Shown piece by piece: positions 20,981-31,574 of a DNA stretch of 64,000 bases (positions are counted from its first letter, which is position 1; every line of letters begins with the position of its first letter). Below the pieces are notes generated by a model. That model made no database searches. It was not told the DNA's origin and saw only the letters and a list, made by a program, of their open reading frames with translations. Origin of the DNA: Candidatus Poribacteria bacterium (lineage in GTDB: Bacteria; Poribacteria; WGA-4E; PCPOR2b); NCBI GenBank assembly GCA_965198175.1, contig OZ240245.1, positions 3,168,001 to 3,232,000 of the forward strand, in the 5' to 3' direction. Made by a program: the position numbers and the translations under genes.

Positions 20981-22312
20981 ATGCATTCTGAATCCACAGA
21001 GACCCTTCATGATAAAGAAGCGGAAGAGGCTGTTCTCGGCGCAATGATGACCGATCGAGCGGTCATCCCCCGCGTTGTATCAGCGATTGGACATACGTCG
21101 GAACCCTTTTTTACAACAGATCTTCAGCTCATTTACGCGGCGATTCTTTCAAGCTACGAGCGTAATAACAAAGTGGACCCGCTCCTCGTCGCGAATGAGC
21201 TTGAAAAGATAGATCAATTGAATCGGGCTGGCGGTGCTGTTTACTTGTACGATCTTCAGGCACAGATTGTCGAAACCGAAAGCACTGAACTCTATGCGCA
21301 GATTGTTCAAGAAAAGTGGTTGCGGCGCCAGTTGGTTCGGGCTGGTCAGCAGATCGACACACTGGCCAACGATCAAGAACGGGAACTCAGCGATGTATTG
21401 AGCCAAGCCCAAGAGGAAGTATTTCGTCTGAGTCATGCCGATGCCAGACGCAGCTCCATGTTGATTGCCCCGCTTGTTAAACAGACCCTAAAGGAGATTG
21501 AAAGTTTATATTATAAAGAAGAACAGATTCTCGGCGTCCCCACAGGCTTCTTTCATCTTGATGTAATGACATCAGGGTTGCAGCCCGGTGATTTGAGTAT
21601 TATCGCGGCACGTCCCAGTATGGGCAAGTCAACTCTCGTCCTGAACATCGCCCAAAATATTGCCAGAAATAACCTCCCGGTCTTGATATTTAGCCTTGAG
21701 ATGCCTGCGAGGCATGTGATTATGCGCATGCTCGCCGCTGAGACAGGAATTGATTTTAGCCGCCTTCGCACGGGGAAGTTGACCGATGATCACTGGGAGT
21801 CCTTGACACAAGGAACAAGCAGCTTAATCTCCGCTCCAATTTTCATCAATGATGCACGAGGCTTAACCGTACAGGAATTGCGCGCCGAAGGTAGACGATT
21901 GAAAGGCGAGCGCGAAGATCTCGCCGTTATAATCGTGGACTACTTGCAGTTGCTTAGTGGGTCCAGTAAATACTATGGACGAGTGGAAGAGATTTCTGAT
22001 ATTTCACGCTCTCTCAAAACCCTTGCTTGGGAGTTAGATGTTCCGATTATTGCTTGTTCCCAACTGAGCCGTGAAGTCGAAAGACGCCCGGATAAACGAC
22101 CTCAACTCTCTGATCTGAGAGAATCCGGCGCAATCGAGCAAGATGCCGATGTGGTTGCTTTCTTGTATAGAGAAGACTATTATGACGATCAGACCGAAGA
22201 AGATCAGGGGCTCGCCGATCTGATTATCAAAAAGCAGCGAAATGGACCAACCGGAACGATTCAGTTGGAATTTCATAAGAAGCTGATGCGATTTTCCGAT
22301 ATCCCCGTTTAA
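20981..22312 (+). CDS. dnaB: Replicative DNA helicase
   Basis: AARPSMGKS, FSLEM, VDYLQL, SQLSR, DLRESGAIEQDAD, KQRNGP; no intein. Confidence 0.98.
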   Translation: MHSESTETLHDKEAEEAVLGAMMTDRAVIPRVVSAIGHTSEPFFTTDLQLIYAAILSSYERNNKVDPLLVANELEKIDQLNRAGGAVYLYDLQAQIVETESTELYAQIVQEKWLRRQLVRAGQQIDTLANDQERELSDVLSQAQEEVFRLSHADARRSSMLIAPLVKQTLKEIESLYYKEEQILGVPTGFFHLDVMTSGLQPGDLSIIAARPSMGKSTLVLNIAQNIARNNLPVLIFSLEMPARHVIMRMLAAETGIDFSRLRTGKLTDDHWESLTQGTSSLISAPIFINDARGLTVQELRAEGRRLKGEREDLAVIIVDYLQLLSGSSKYYGRVEEISDISRSLKTLAWELDVPIIACSQLSREVERRPDKRPQLSDLRESGAIEQDADVVAFLYREDYYDDQTEEDQGLADLIIKKQRNGPTGTIQLEFHKKLMRFSDIPV

Positions 22313-22408
22313 AGCGATTAGTAGCTGTCACTGAACCTAAATTTGGGGGAGCGCAACCCTCCACAATTCAGTATTATTCTCAACTAACGGTTGTTGATTT
22401 GAGATTTT

Positions 22409-23263
22409 ATGATACCGATTGGCAATGTCGAGGAACAATCACTCTCAACCCAAACGTGTCGTCGCTCGGTTTTAATCCGTCTTGCTGATTATGTGGGTGG
22501 TTGGATATTCAAGAAACTGTATGAAATTGGAAGCGCGGTTGCGTTTGTCTGTTCAACCCTATCTCTAATTTTCAGACGCCCATTCCAATTTAACCTGCTT
22601 GTTCGACAGTTATTGCTGGTTGGTGTTAACTCACTGCCAGTCGTATTGGTTTCCGGAATCTTCACAGGCATGGTATTGGCGACGCAGGGGTATCACCAAC
22701 TGAAGGATCTTTCAGCGGAAGGCTCTGTCGGCAGATTTGTCAGCGTATCGGTCGTTAAAGAGCTAGGTCCCATGGTCACGGCTTTTATTTTGGCAGGGCG
22801 TATCGGCGCCTCAATCACGGCAGAGCTTGGCACGATGAAGGTGACCGAGCAGATTGACGCGTTGGATGTAATGGCGACTAGCCCGGTGAAATACCTCGTT
22901 GTTCCGCGCTTTCTCGCTTGTGCAATCATGCTTCCACTCCTGACGACGTTTTCGATTGTCTTCGGGATTGTAGGAGGGTATTTCACTGCCGTTTATATTT
23001 TACCCGTCAAAATGAACGGTAATTTTTTTTTAGAGCAGGCTCGCGCTTACATCTACATTAACAGTGTTGTTGTAAGCCTCATCAAATCATCAACGTTTGG
23101 GATGGCAATCGCGTCTGTAGGATGCTATAAGGGATTTACAATCTCTTCAGCCGGAGGTGCAGAGGGTGTCGGTAAAGCGACAACAGGTTCAGCAGTCACT
23201 TCTCTGATTGCCATTCTGATTCTGGACTTTGTTCTGAACCATGTGCTCTATACAATCTGGTGA
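22409..23263 (+). CDS. mlaE: MlaE family lipid ABC transporter permease
   Basis: 'ELGPMVTA...AGRIG..ITAELGTMKVTEQIDAL', 'GAEGVGKATT'. Confidence 0.93.
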   Translation: MIPIGNVEEQSLSTQTCRRSVLIRLADYVGGWIFKKLYEIGSAVAFVCSTLSLIFRRPFQFNLLVRQLLLVGVNSLPVVLVSGIFTGMVLATQGYHQLKDLSAEGSVGRFVSVSVVKELGPMVTAFILAGRIGASITAELGTMKVTEQIDALDVMATSPVKYLVVPRFLACAIMLPLLTTFSIVFGIVGGYFTAVYILPVKMNGNFFLEQARAYIYINSVVVSLIKSSTFGMAIASVGCYKGFTISSAGGAEGVGKATTGSAVTSLIAILILDFVLNHVLYTIW

Positions 23264-23335
23264 AAGCCAACGCTACGCGGTGCTTGTTTGTACCATGAAG
23301 TTATCAGTCCTAAGTCTGTTTCAGGTAATGATCGA

Positions 23336-24049
23336 ATGATTCACATTGAAAATTTGTGGAAATGCTTTGGAGACAAGGAGGTTCTCAGCGGTTTGAACCT
23401 CCACATTCCTCGTGGTGAAACGTCGATTGTTATTGGGCGAAGTGGATGTGGAAAAAGCGTTTTGCTCAAGCTAGTTACCGGGCTGCTGAAGCCAGACGTT
23501 GGAGAAATCCGGATTGATGGTGAGGAGATTTCCAACCTCAAAGATTTAAAGCGGATTCGCCGAAAGATTGGTATACTTTTCCAATCAGCGGCACTCTTTG
23601 ATTCGATGACGGTTGAAGAAAATGTTGGCTTCATGCTGTCCCAACATACAAATCTCAGCAAACGAGAAATTGGGGGGATTGTCGCGGAAAAGCTCCATTT
23701 GGTCGATCTTGACGGTGTTCAGAAACTGAGACCTGCAGAACTGAGTGGGGGCATGCGAAAACGTGTCGGTCTTGCGCGTGCGATTGCATTTAATCCGGAA
23801 GTGATTCTCTATGATGAGCCGACGACCGGATTGGACCCCATTACAGGATCCGAAATCAATCGGTTAATCCGGGACCTCCATGCGAAACTCAAGGTCACGT
23901 CGGTTGTTGTGACCCATGACATGGATAGCGCCTTCTCAGTTGGGACAAGGATGGCAATGATACACGCGGGGCAAGTTATTGCATCCGGATCTCTCGCTGA
24001 AATTCGGAAGATTGATAGCCCAATCCTGCAAGCATTTATTTCTGAGTGA
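23336..24049 (+). CDS. mlaF: MlaF family ABC ATP-binding protein
   Basis: GRSGCGKS, FQSAALFDS, LSGGMRKRVGLARA, YDEPTTGLDP. Confidence 0.93.
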   Translation: MIHIENLWKCFGDKEVLSGLNLHIPRGETSIVIGRSGCGKSVLLKLVTGLLKPDVGEIRIDGEEISNLKDLKRIRRKIGILFQSAALFDSMTVEENVGFMLSQHTNLSKREIGGIVAEKLHLVDLDGVQKLRPAELSGGMRKRVGLARAIAFNPEVILYDEPTTGLDPITGSEINRLIRDLHAKLKVTSVVVTHDMDSAFSVGTRMAMIHAGQVIASGSLAEIRKIDSPILQAFISE

Positions 24050-24078
24050 CGGCAACCGTCAGTTCAAAGGGGGCATTG

Positions 24079-25641
24079 GTGGCTAGATGGAATGAGCAAG
24101 TCAAGGTGGGGTTCGTCGCTGTCATCGGTCTGGCTTTACTTATCGTTTTGCTTTTCAATGCATCGAATTGGCCGTGGAGTGTAAGCGGCGACGTTTTACG
24201 CGTTCAATTTGGGACAGTCAATGACCTCCACGTAGGCGCGGGGGTTCATTTGTCAGGTGTAAAGGTTGGCAGAATTACGGGGATTGAGCTTAAAGCGGAC
24301 GAGAATAAAATTGAAATCCAAATGCGAGTCAAGGAGGCGTTTCAGCGGCTACGCCAGGGCTGTAGAGTCAGGATTGGTACAATCGGATTTGTGGGTGAAA
24401 CCTACATTGACATCAGGAACGGTCCTGTCGGAAATCGGCTTCTACAACTAGAGGACCTCCCTTTGATTGGCGAAGACCCATTGAGTATCGTAGACCTCCT
24501 TGAAATCGCGGAGCAAGCTGTCACGCGCGCTACACAAGTTGCTCAGTCTACCCATACACTAATCGAATCGAATCAAACCGGCGTCAGTGAGGGGATTACA
24601 GAAATACGGGAATTGGTCAATCAAACCCGTAAGGCGCTAGAAACGGTCGTCAGAAACACGGAGAAATCCGTGGCAACCCTTAATCGGCTTGCATCAGATA
24701 ATGATTCGCGCTTGCAACAAATCTTTACCCGGCTCAATCGCTTGCTCGAACAGTTGGAAAGCGATTCTCTAGCACTCAGCAGTGATGCGGGAGATATTGC
24801 ACAGTCTGTGCTTAGTTTAATTGACCGCAACTCGGGGACCGTTGACGAGATTATTGATGACTTGCACGTGAGTTCTTCCAATTTTCGAAAAACGTCCCAA
24901 AAACTTCACACGGATCTCTCCACACTGAAATCTGAGATGTCGAGCCTTATTCTGAAAAGCAGGGAAGTTGTTGATTCTGAAGCTCCAAAGATTGACCGAC
25001 TGCTAGAAAATCTTACAGCCGTCACTGATAATTTGGATGGACTGCGCGAAAATTTCGCCCAACTGCTGGATAAAGTGCAAAGTGGAGATGGGAGCGTTGC
25101 AGCGCTGATCAGCAGGCCAGATGCGCTCAATGAAGCACGGAGTGTGTTGCAAACGGCGGATGAAACAATTGTCGAGATCAGAGACCTGTTCCAAGCATTC
25201 AATGAAAAGTCTGAAAGATTTAAGGCTCCGGATGTGGCTTGGGATTACGAACTCCGATATGTAAGCCTCGAAGAGCACCTCCATAACGAGCTAGCGGTTC
25301 TGTTATTGCCTGCCCATAATCAGCGGTTTCGATTAGGCTTTGGCGTCCGTGAGGAAGATGTGAAGTTTGAACTTCAATACGGTTATGATTTCAACGACCA
25401 TTTACGCGGGCGCTTGGGGTTCATGCGTTCAACGGTTGGGGTGGGGTTTGATGTGTGGTTACTCTCGAAAAAACTCGGTATCACTCTTGAAGGGACTCGC
25501 TTGACAGGCGAGCGACCCGAGCTCAATACGGAATTATCATGGCGGGTTTTTCCTTATGGACATATGATAATCGGCGCGGAGAACCTGACCGATGATATCC
25601 GTTACACAGTCGGATTTCGGCTTTCAGCAAAAAAATGGTAA
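24079..25641 (+). CDS. mlaD: Long MCE/MlaD protein: TM, MCE domain, helical stalk, beta-rich C-terminus
   Basis: 'KVG', 'GAGVHLSGVKVGRI', 'GFVGETYIDI'; ~230 aa heptad-like region with 'GDGSVAALI'; start could be 24046. Confidence 0.85.
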   Translation: MARWNEQVKVGFVAVIGLALLIVLLFNASNWPWSVSGDVLRVQFGTVNDLHVGAGVHLSGVKVGRITGIELKADENKIEIQMRVKEAFQRLRQGCRVRIGTIGFVGETYIDIRNGPVGNRLLQLEDLPLIGEDPLSIVDLLEIAEQAVTRATQVAQSTHTLIESNQTGVSEGITEIRELVNQTRKALETVVRNTEKSVATLNRLASDNDSRLQQIFTRLNRLLEQLESDSLALSSDAGDIAQSVLSLIDRNSGTVDEIIDDLHVSSSNFRKTSQKLHTDLSTLKSEMSSLILKSREVVDSEAPKIDRLLENLTAVTDNLDGLRENFAQLLDKVQSGDGSVAALISRPDALNEARSVLQTADETIVEIRDLFQAFNEKSERFKAPDVAWDYELRYVSLEEHLHNELAVLLLPAHNQRFRLGFGVREEDVKFELQYGYDFNDHLRGRLGFMRSTVGVGFDVWLLSKKLGITLEGTRLTGERPELNTELSWRVFPYGHMIIGAENLTDDIRYTVGFRLSAKKW

Positions 25642-25699
25642 CCGACTGACACGCGGCTCAATGCCAAAGACCATCAAACATCGTGCACTAATCCCTAAA

Positions 25700-27064
25700 A
25701 TGTCAAAAGAACGTCGCCAATTCGTATGTCGTGAGTGTGGTCACAGCTCAGTGAAATGGCTCGGCCGCTGTCCAGCGTGTGAGCAGTGGAATACCCTAGT
25801 AGAGGAAGTCCAGAAAACTTCACCGCCAAAGACGCCACATCGACACTTGGGTCAGCCGACGAGCCTCCCTGAGCCGATTACGCAAATCACCGCAAGTGAG
25901 GAAGATCGCCTCCTAACAGGCATTGGGGAATTTGATCGGGTACTTGGCGGGGGATTTGTGCCGGGGTCTGTTGTGCTCATTGGCGGAGATCCAGGCATTG
26001 GAAAATCCACGCTCTTGTTACAAGCAAGTGATGCTCTTAGCCGCATCTATGGGATTGTGCTCTATGTCTCTGGCGAGGAGTCCGTCACGCAGATGAAGTT
26101 GAGGGCAAACCGTCTTGGCATTACCTCTGATTCTCTGTATGTTTTATGTGAAAATAATCTTGAACAAATTGAAGCGCATATTGCGTCCCTTCAGCCTTAT
26201 ATTGTCATTATCGATTCCATTCAAGCCGTCTACGCTCCGGAAGTACAATCAGCGCCCGGCAGCATCACTCAGGTTCGTGAGAGTGCAGTCCAACTCCTGG
26301 TTACCGCTAAAAACAAGAACGTCCCAATCGTGCTCGTAGGACATGTGACAAAGGAGGGGGCTTTAGCGGGTCCTCGCGTTTTGGAACACATGGTTGATAC
26401 AGTTCTTTATTTTGAGGGCGAAAGCCGGCTCATTTATCGTGTGCTGCGCGCCGTGAAAAACCGATTTGGATCGACCAACGAGATCGGTATTTTTGAAATG
26501 TTGAGCAGCGGGCTTGTTGAGGTCAAGAACCCGTCAGCGTTATTCATTAGTGAGCGGCAGGAAAATACCTCTGGATCAGTTGTCGTATCGAGCATTGAGG
26601 GAACGCGCCCCCTACTTTTAGAACTTCAAGCTCTGGTTTCACCGGCAAGCTCTGGGATTCCGCGCAACACTGCGACAGGGGTGGACCGTCATCGCATAGC
26701 TCTGCTCATCGCTGTGCTGCAGAAACGGGTGGGGCTTGACATTGGCGGGTCAGATGTCTTTGTCAATATCACCGGTGGTATGCGGTTGGATGAACCGGGG
26801 GTTGACCTTGGTACTGCCATCGCAATCACATCAAACCATCGAGATATCGCCATCGATCCTCGCACTGTAATCATTGGAGAGGTCGGTTTGGGTGGGGAAG
26901 TTCGTCCCGTTTCACATATTGAGAAGCGGTTGGGAGAGGCTGCAAAACTGGGCTTTAATCGGGCAATTTTCCCCGAATACAACCGCAATAACTTGGAGTT
27001 AAAGCAAGATATTAACTTAGTTGGAGTGAAGGATCTTTATGGCGCACTCAGCGCATTACTATAA
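25700..27064 (+). CDS. radA: DNA repair protein RadA/Sms
   Basis: CRECG..KWLGRCPAC, GDPGIGKSTL, KNRFG. Confidence 0.98.
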   Translation: MSKERRQFVCRECGHSSVKWLGRCPACEQWNTLVEEVQKTSPPKTPHRHLGQPTSLPEPITQITASEEDRLLTGIGEFDRVLGGGFVPGSVVLIGGDPGIGKSTLLLQASDALSRIYGIVLYVSGEESVTQMKLRANRLGITSDSLYVLCENNLEQIEAHIASLQPYIVIIDSIQAVYAPEVQSAPGSITQVRESAVQLLVTAKNKNVPIVLVGHVTKEGALAGPRVLEHMVDTVLYFEGESRLIYRVLRAVKNRFGSTNEIGIFEMLSSGLVEVKNPSALFISERQENTSGSVVVSSIEGTRPLLLELQALVSPASSGIPRNTATGVDRHRIALLIAVLQKRVGLDIGGSDVFVNITGGMRLDEPGVDLGTAIAITSNHRDIAIDPRTVIIGEVGLGGEVRPVSHIEKRLGEAAKLGFNRAIFPEYNRNNLELKQDINLVGVKDLYGALSALL

Positions 27065-27099
27065 ACAATATCATAATCATATGAAAGTGGGTGACTCCG

Positions 27100-28137
27100 A
27101 TGCAAATTTGGTTCATCCGGGCCTCCTTTATTTTATTTGGGTTTATTTTTGGCTTTCTCACGGGAGATTTGAAGGGAGGCGGTACGGGGCTTGTCCTAGC
27201 TGCCACCTTAGTCGGTGCCGAATCATTAATACGGCGGTCAATGTTACGGGATCTTTTCGCTTGTCTGGTCGGATTGGTATTTGGGTTGATTGTGGCTGCC
27301 CTAATGATTTATATCGTTTCCCAAACAACCAATATCACAAACCTAGTCAAAGCCTGCATTACGCTTTTATTTGGTTATATAGGAATAATGATTATCTATC
27401 GAAGGCGAGAGGCTTTTGGCTTGTTTTCTCTAACGGCACAGGGCATACAATCCAATTCTCCGGCTTTCAAGATTCTGGATACGAGTGTTATTATTGATGG
27501 CCGAATTCGTGACATCTGCGACACGGGGTTTATTGATGGTATCGTTGTGGTTCCGCGATTTGTACTCAATGAACTGCAACATATCGCCGATTCTCCGGAT
27601 CCACTTCGCCGGAACAAGGGTAGACGCGGCTTCGAGATTCTGGAGGATTTACAGCGGAATCCGAATATCAATGTTGAGATGACGGAGGACGATTTCCCCG
27701 ATGTGGCAGAAGTTGATGCAAAATTGGTTCATCTCGCTCGGAAGATTCAGGCGAAAATTATCACGAACGACTTCAATTTGAATAAGGTCGCTGAACTCCA
27801 AGGTGTAACCGTTCTCAACATCAACGTGCTCGCAAATGCAATTCGCCCAATTGTCGTGGCTGGCGAAGAGATTAAGGTTCGAGTCATTCGTGAGGGCAAA
27901 GAACCGAATCAAGGCGTTGGTTATCTTGATGACGGCACGATGGTTATTGTCGAAAACGGCAAACACTACATTGGACAGACCGTTGAAGTGGTCATTACCC
28001 AAGCTTTGCAAACCAGTGCAGGTCGAATGATTTTTAGTCGCCGGAAGCTCGGTGAAACGGATCGTGATGAATCGGAAGGTGAGCGTTCTTATTCCCGCAG
28101 CTGGCAGCGGAAGCCGGATGGGACATCGTCGTACTAA
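27100..28137 (+). CDS. Membrane PIN/TRAM domain protein (YacL-like)
   Basis: N-terminal TMs, 'LDTSVIIDGRI', 'TNDFNLNKVA', 'GVGYLDDGTMV', 'QTSAGRMIF'. Confidence 0.93.
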   Translation: MQIWFIRASFILFGFIFGFLTGDLKGGGTGLVLAATLVGAESLIRRSMLRDLFACLVGLVFGLIVAALMIYIVSQTTNITNLVKACITLLFGYIGIMIIYRRREAFGLFSLTAQGIQSNSPAFKILDTSVIIDGRIRDICDTGFIDGIVVVPRFVLNELQHIADSPDPLRRNKGRRGFEILEDLQRNPNINVEMTEDDFPDVAEVDAKLVHLARKIQAKIITNDFNLNKVAELQGVTVLNINVLANAIRPIVVAGEEIKVRVIREGKEPNQGVGYLDDGTMVIVENGKHYIGQTVEVVITQALQTSAGRMIFSRRKLGETDRDESEGERSYSRSWQRKPDGTSSY

Positions 28138-28765
28138 AAAACCGTATCTGCAACTGCTGGAAAAACCGATTCTCACGCATACGATTAGCGTCTTCGATCA
28201 AAATCCTGTTGTGGATACGATTCATGTCATCGTCAATCCATCAGATTTTGAATTGTGCCAGTCCATTGCGATTGTCCCGTACGGTTTCCAGAAGGTTACA
28301 AATCTCATTCCCGGCGGAGAAACGCGGCAGGATTCTGTTTTCAATGGCTTGCAGTCACTTCCTAGCGATGCTGATTTTGTGATCGTGCATGATGGGGTTC
28401 GTCCTTTTGTCACTGACGATATAATCGACTCCTGTCTTGAAGCGGCAGAGGAATGGGGGGCGGCGGTTGCTGCTGTGCCTGTCAAAGATACTATCAAGGT
28501 TGCAGATGCGGATGGGTTCATCGTTGACACCCTGAATCGGAGCAGACTTTGGGCGGTGCAGACCCCCCAGTCCTTTAGAAAAGATTTGCTATTGAAAGCG
28601 CACCAACGCGCTCGACAGGCGAGGCTGAACGTAACCGATGACGCTACGCTTGTCGAACAACTCGGTTTCAGGGTGAGGTTGATAGCGGGGAGCCATCGCA
28701 ACTTAAAGGTTACGACCGCAGAAGACCTCCTCATCGCTGAAACGCTAAGCACCGTTGAAGATTGA
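28067..28765 (+). CDS. ispD: 2-C-methyl-D-erythritol 4-phosphate cytidylyltransferase
   Basis: PAAGSGSRM, GGETRQDSV, VHDGVRP, QTPQ, TDD, NLKVTT; overlaps the end of the upstream gene by 71 nt. Confidence 0.96.
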   Translation: MNRKVSVLIPAAGSGSRMGHRRTKKPYLQLLEKPILTHTISVFDQNPVVDTIHVIVNPSDFELCQSIAIVPYGFQKVTNLIPGGETRQDSVFNGLQSLPSDADFVIVHDGVRPFVTDDIIDSCLEAAEEWGAAVAAVPVKDTIKVADADGFIVDTLNRSRLWAVQTPQSFRKDLLLKAHQRARQARLNVTDDATLVEQLGFRVRLIAGSHRNLKVTTAEDLLIAETLSTVED

Positions 28766-28795
28766 AGGTTGGCTGACCGTCTTCAATTCAAAGAT

Positions 28796-29269
28796 ATGCG
28801 TATCGGAATTGGCTACGATGTCCACCGGCTGGTGGAGAATCGACGATTGATTTTGGGTGGTGTTCAGATTCCCTATATACTAGGACTCTTGGGGCACTCC
28901 GACGCTGATGTATTGACACACGCGATTTGTGACGCAATATTGGGAGCAGCGGGGTTGGGCGATATTGGCGTGCACTTTCCCGATACAGATGCAGCATACG
29001 CTGATATCAATAGCCTTGTTTTATTGAAGCAGGTCAAGGTGTTAGTCGATCAGGACTACGCAGTCCAAAATGTTGACAGCACCCTTATTGCTGAACGTCC
29101 AAAGCTTGCCGCTTACATTCCCCAAATGCGCCAGCGACTTGCGGACATACTAGCGATTCCCGTCGATCGAATCAACATTAAAGCTACTACGTCGGAGGGA
29201 CTCGGATTCATTGGCGAAGGGAAAGCCATTGCCGCCCAAGCAATTGTCAGCCTAGATGTTAAGCGTTAG
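28796..29269 (+). CDS. ispF: 2-C-methyl-D-erythritol 2,4-cyclodiphosphate synthase
   Basis: [29 protein letters not shown]. Confidence 0.97.
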   Translation: MRIGIGYDVHRLVENRRLILGGVQIPYILGLLGHSDADVLTHAICDAILGAAGLGDIGVHFPDTDAAYADINSLVLLKQVKVLVDQDYAVQNVDSTLIAERPKLAAYIPQMRQRLADILAIPVDRINIKATTSEGLGFIGEGKAIAAQAIVSLDVKR

Positions 29270-29340
29270 GTATTAGGATTCAGTTTCGCAGCCGCTGCAA
29301 TACGTCATACTTTTCAGACAATTCCTAAATCGGAAAGAAA

Positions 29341-30801
29341 ATGCCATTAAAGATTTATAACTCTCTTACGAGACGGTTGGAAGAATTTACGCCTTTGCAA
29401 AAGAGAAAGGTGCTGATGTATACTTGTGGTCCTACTGTCTACGATTACTTTCACATCGGTAACGCTCGCACATTCCTTGTCTCCGATGTTGTTCGTCGCT
29501 ATCTCGAACATCAAGGGTACCAAGTCAAATTGGTTCAGAATCTGACGGACATTGACGACAAGATTATCAGTCGCGCAAGTGAAAGGGATATCGACGCAAA
29601 ACAGCTGGCTCAGAAATATGCCGCAGCTTACTTTGAAGACTCACAACAGCTTGGGATTCGTCCTGCTGATGTTCATCCGAGAGCAACGGATCATGTGCCG
29701 GAGATTATCGAGTTGCTTCAGACGTTGATTGATAAAGGTGCTGCATATCAGCGAGATGGAGATTTGTATTACCGCGTCAACCATTTCGCGGACTATGGCA
29801 AGCTTTCGAATCGAGATGCTGAGGACGTGCGCGCGGGAGCCCGGGTCGCAGTGGATAAACGGAAAGAGGATCCGCGTGATTTCGATTTATGGAAGATGGC
29901 AAAACCCGGTGAGCCGTGGTGGGATAGTCCTTGGGGACGGGGACGACCGGGATGGCATATCGAGTGCTCGGCAATGGCGATGAAGCATCTCGGCGAAACA
30001 ATTGATATTCACGCAGGGGGGCAAGACCTGCAATTTCCACATCACGAGAATGAGATTGCCCAGAGCGAGTTGGCGACGGGAAAGCCGTTTGCTCGCTACT
30101 GGCTGCATGTTGCGTTCTTGAGATTCGGTGGAAGGCGAATGGGGAAATCCGAGCAGAATTTCATTCTAGTACGCGATGCCCTTCGAGAGTATTCCCCCGA
30201 AGCAATCCGTCACTTCCTAATCTCCGCTCAACATCGCCATCCACTTGATTACAACGACACGAGTTTGCAGGAATCGAGTAGCGCCATTCGGCGGTTGAAC
30301 AACTGTCTGGATGACTTGAGACAATATCAAGACCGCTACCAAGAAATATCGCTTGATGAAGCTGAACTCAGTGAAGCGGAAACCGCTTTAATAAGATCTA
30401 CCGATGCCATGTCTAATGAATTTGAGGTGGCAATGGATGATGATTTTAACACAGCTGGGGCAATGGGTGCGATTTTCAAATTCGTGGGCGAAGTCAACCT
30501 TTTCCTCGCTGAAACAGAGACTAACCAATCGAATCTGGGAATAATGGTGCTTGACAACGCCTACCACAGCCTCACTGAGTTATGCGGGGTGTTGGGGATC
30601 GATTCTCAGAAAACCGTTTCCCGCAGTGACCATACCATGTTAATGGAGCAGTTGATGGAACTCATTGTGGATGTTCGTCAAGAGGCACGGAAACGTAAAG
30701 ATTGGGAAATGTCGGATAAGATTCGTGATCGGTTAACGCAACTGAACATCGAACTGAAGGACTCCCGGGTGGGAACTACTTGGAAACATAACGATGTATA
30801 A
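29341..30801 (+). CDS. cysS: Cysteine--tRNA ligase
   Basis: CGPTVY, HIGN, GRPGWHIECS, FPHHENE, RMGKS (KMSKS variant), MDDDFNT. Confidence 0.98.
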   Translation: MPLKIYNSLTRRLEEFTPLQKRKVLMYTCGPTVYDYFHIGNARTFLVSDVVRRYLEHQGYQVKLVQNLTDIDDKIISRASERDIDAKQLAQKYAAAYFEDSQQLGIRPADVHPRATDHVPEIIELLQTLIDKGAAYQRDGDLYYRVNHFADYGKLSNRDAEDVRAGARVAVDKRKEDPRDFDLWKMAKPGEPWWDSPWGRGRPGWHIECSAMAMKHLGETIDIHAGGQDLQFPHHENEIAQSELATGKPFARYWLHVAFLRFGGRRMGKSEQNFILVRDALREYSPEAIRHFLISAQHRHPLDYNDTSLQESSSAIRRLNNCLDDLRQYQDRYQEISLDEAELSEAETALIRSTDAMSNEFEVAMDDDFNTAGAMGAIFKFVGEVNLFLAETETNQSNLGIMVLDNAYHSLTELCGVLGIDSQKTVSRSDHTMLMEQLMELIVDVRQEARKRKDWEMSDKIRDRLTQLNIELKDSRVGTTWKHNDV

Positions 30802-30843
30802 ATCTGCTACTCACACTAACAAAACATAAGGAGCGTGATAACG

Positions 30844-31458
30844 ATGTACCGCTTTATACCTATATTGTTGGTTTGTCTATCGAGCTGCAATATTGCTAGC
30901 AAGCTAGTGTCCAAGCAAGAAATCAGTGAAAACTATGCTCTGATGGAGGGGGTTAGGGCGACAACCCCTGAAATGATTGATGGCAATGTGAGAACCGTTG
31001 GGGAAGCAGCATTGCCTGAAGGCGCCGAAGGGGTGTTCGGAATGTCCCCCGCGACCGAAGCGCTTATCACCTTACCCGAAAAAAAGGTGATTAGCCGAAT
31101 TGTGATCCATTCGAAGAACTTGAAGCAGTTTGACGTGTGGGCGGATAAGGGAAACAGAGATTGGGTGGTGCTTAAAGAGGTCAAGAGCGCCAAATCAAAT
31201 CCGATCGTGCTCTCAGGGCTACGGGCGCATTTTCCAACGGACAGAGTCCGAATCCGTGTGTTAGGTACGACGGACGACGCCGCACTACGACGCCGAGAGA
31301 GAGCACGGGGCGGCTTTCAGGCAGTGGGCTTCGGTTACAGCCGCGCGCCGGGTAAGTTTTATGAGATTGAACTCTACGGCTACAAGTCAGTTGAGGAAAC
31401 CACAGTCAAACAGGAAGAAGAAGAGCGGGATCAGGAATTGGATGATCTCTTGAAATAG
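30844..31458 (+). CDS. Hypothetical lipoprotein, discoidin/galactose-binding-like fold
   Basis: Lipobox LSSC; 'ENYAL', 'MIDGN..T', 'TDRVRIRV', 'EIELYG'. Confidence 0.6.
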   Translation: MYRFIPILLVCLSSCNIASKLVSKQEISENYALMEGVRATTPEMIDGNVRTVGEAALPEGAEGVFGMSPATEALITLPEKKVISRIVIHSKNLKQFDVWADKGNRDWVVLKEVKSAKSNPIVLSGLRAHFPTDRVRIRVLGTTDDAALRRRERARGGFQAVGFGYSRAPGKFYEIELYGYKSVEETTVKQEEEERDQELDDLLK

Positions 31459-31574
31459 AGTAATTCAGCAATACAACCTTGACCCTACATGTGTTAGGGA
31501 TATACATTTTTTGCAACAGTTGTTCTGCTTATGCAGTAAGCAATTCGCAATTAAACTACAATAGGAGGAAAAAA

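Noticed and set aside
25700..30801. radA-yacL-ispD-ispF-cysS order as a novelty
   Set aside because: Well-known conserved gene order, e.g. in Firmicutes
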